Assembly (NCBI RefSeq): GCF_040687115.1
Contig: NZ_JBFBMQ010000006.1
Location: 44,488 to 68,487, forward strand
Length of the DNA stretch: 24,000 nt
Source: Microbacterium sp. NPDC076895
GTDB taxonomy: Bacteria; Actinomycetota; Actinomycetes; Actinomycetales; Microbacteriaceae
Direction: 5' to 3'
Position numbers and translations under genes: made by a program. The notes beneath the pieces are model-generated. The model had not been told where the DNA came from, ran no database searches, and saw only the letters and a program-made list of their open reading frames with translations. Shown here piece after piece: positions 23,472 through 24,000 of this stretch (positions are counted from its first letter, which is position 1; each line of letters begins with the position of its first letter).

Positions 23472-24000
23472 ATGAGTACCTACGCCGTCGTCAATCCCGC
23501 TACCGGGGAGACGCTTGCCACCTACCCGACCATGACGGATGCCGAGACCGTCGCTGCGATTGCGGCAGCCGATGATGCATACCGCACGTGGGGTCGCGCC
23601 TCGACTCCTGCCGAGCGCGCTGAGCTCGTGCGGCGCGCGGCGCAGCTGCACCGCGAGAGGCGAGAGGAGCTGGCCCAGATCGTCGTGCGCGAGATGGGTA
23701 AGCCGCTGTCCGCGGCTCTCGGTGAGGTCGACTTCGCTGCCGACATCACCGAGTACTACGCCGACAACTACGAGAAGATCACCGGTGACACCCCTCTCGA
23801 CATCCTCGCCGAGGGAACTGCCGTCATCCGCCGTTCGCCGCTAGGCGTGCTGCTGGGCATCATGCCGTGGAACTTCCCGTACTACCAGGTCGCACGTTTC
23901 GCCGCCCCGAACCTGGTCATCGGCAACACCATCCTGCTCAAGCACGCACCCCAGTGCCCCGAGTCGGCAGCGGCGATTGCGGCGATCTATCGGGATGCCG
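23472..24000 (+). CDS. gabD: NAD(P)-dependent aldehyde dehydrogenase, probably succinate-semialdehyde dehydrogenase. It is 3'-truncated by the window edge.
   Basis: ATG 23472 follows GAGGAGGA. My own translation gives [19 protein letters not shown]...[18 protein letters not shown], which is typical of the ALDH superfamily. It is open to the window end and sits downstream of gabT. Confidence 0.8.
   Translation, partial: MSTYAVVNPATGETLATYPTMTDAETVAAIAAADDAYRTWGRASTPAERAELVRRAAQLHRERREELAQIVVREMGKPLSAALGEVDFAADITEYYADNYEKITGDTPLDILAEGTAVIRRSPLGVLLGIMPWNFPYYQVARFAAPNLVIGNTILLKHAPQCPESAAAIAAIYRDA

Overview
Very GC-rich window with strong third-codon-position G/C bias. It looks like actinobacterial chromosome (possibly Micrococcales), though the taxon is inferred from gene content and composition only. 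Genes are tightly packed. I found no tRNA, rRNA, CRISPR array, IS or transposase, or phage-like genes. There are four functional blocks. (1) 201-12496 (+) is one 14-gene, mostly start/stop-overlapping operon for a cytosolic (no Tat signal) group 1h/5-like [NiFe]-hydrogenase. It holds a DUF1641 protein, the small and large subunits, a maturation endopeptidase, three uncharacterised proteins, hypF, hypC, a HypC-domain fusion protein, hypE, a second hypC, hypD, and a 249-aa unknown protein whose C-terminus looks like another cryptic HypC module. No hypA or hypB is present in the window. (2) 12471-14964 (-) is an ECF-type Ni/Co uptake system (CbiM/NikM, a PDGLE protein, CbiQ, CbiO). It is transcribed divergently from a Fur-family (Nur-like) regulator at 15135-15569 (+), and a palindromic candidate operator lies between them. 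(3) 15641-18930 (-) is the glyoxylate-shunt pair aceB-aceA, divergent from a RamB/PrpR-type regulator at 19096-20583 (+). (4) A FAD-dependent amine-oxidase-like gene at 20596-21966 (-) is divergent from gabT and a 3'-truncated gabD-like aldehyde dehydrogenase. The most interesting material is the hydrogenase cluster: a non-canonical active-site motif (DAC instead of DPC), a co-translated DUF1641 protein, an unusual number of HypC-like modules, and several function-unknown accessory proteins. None of this is proven novel from sequence alone. All family assignments rest on motifs read by eye, without database searches. The many long antisense ORFs in the ORF track are treated as high-GC artefacts.
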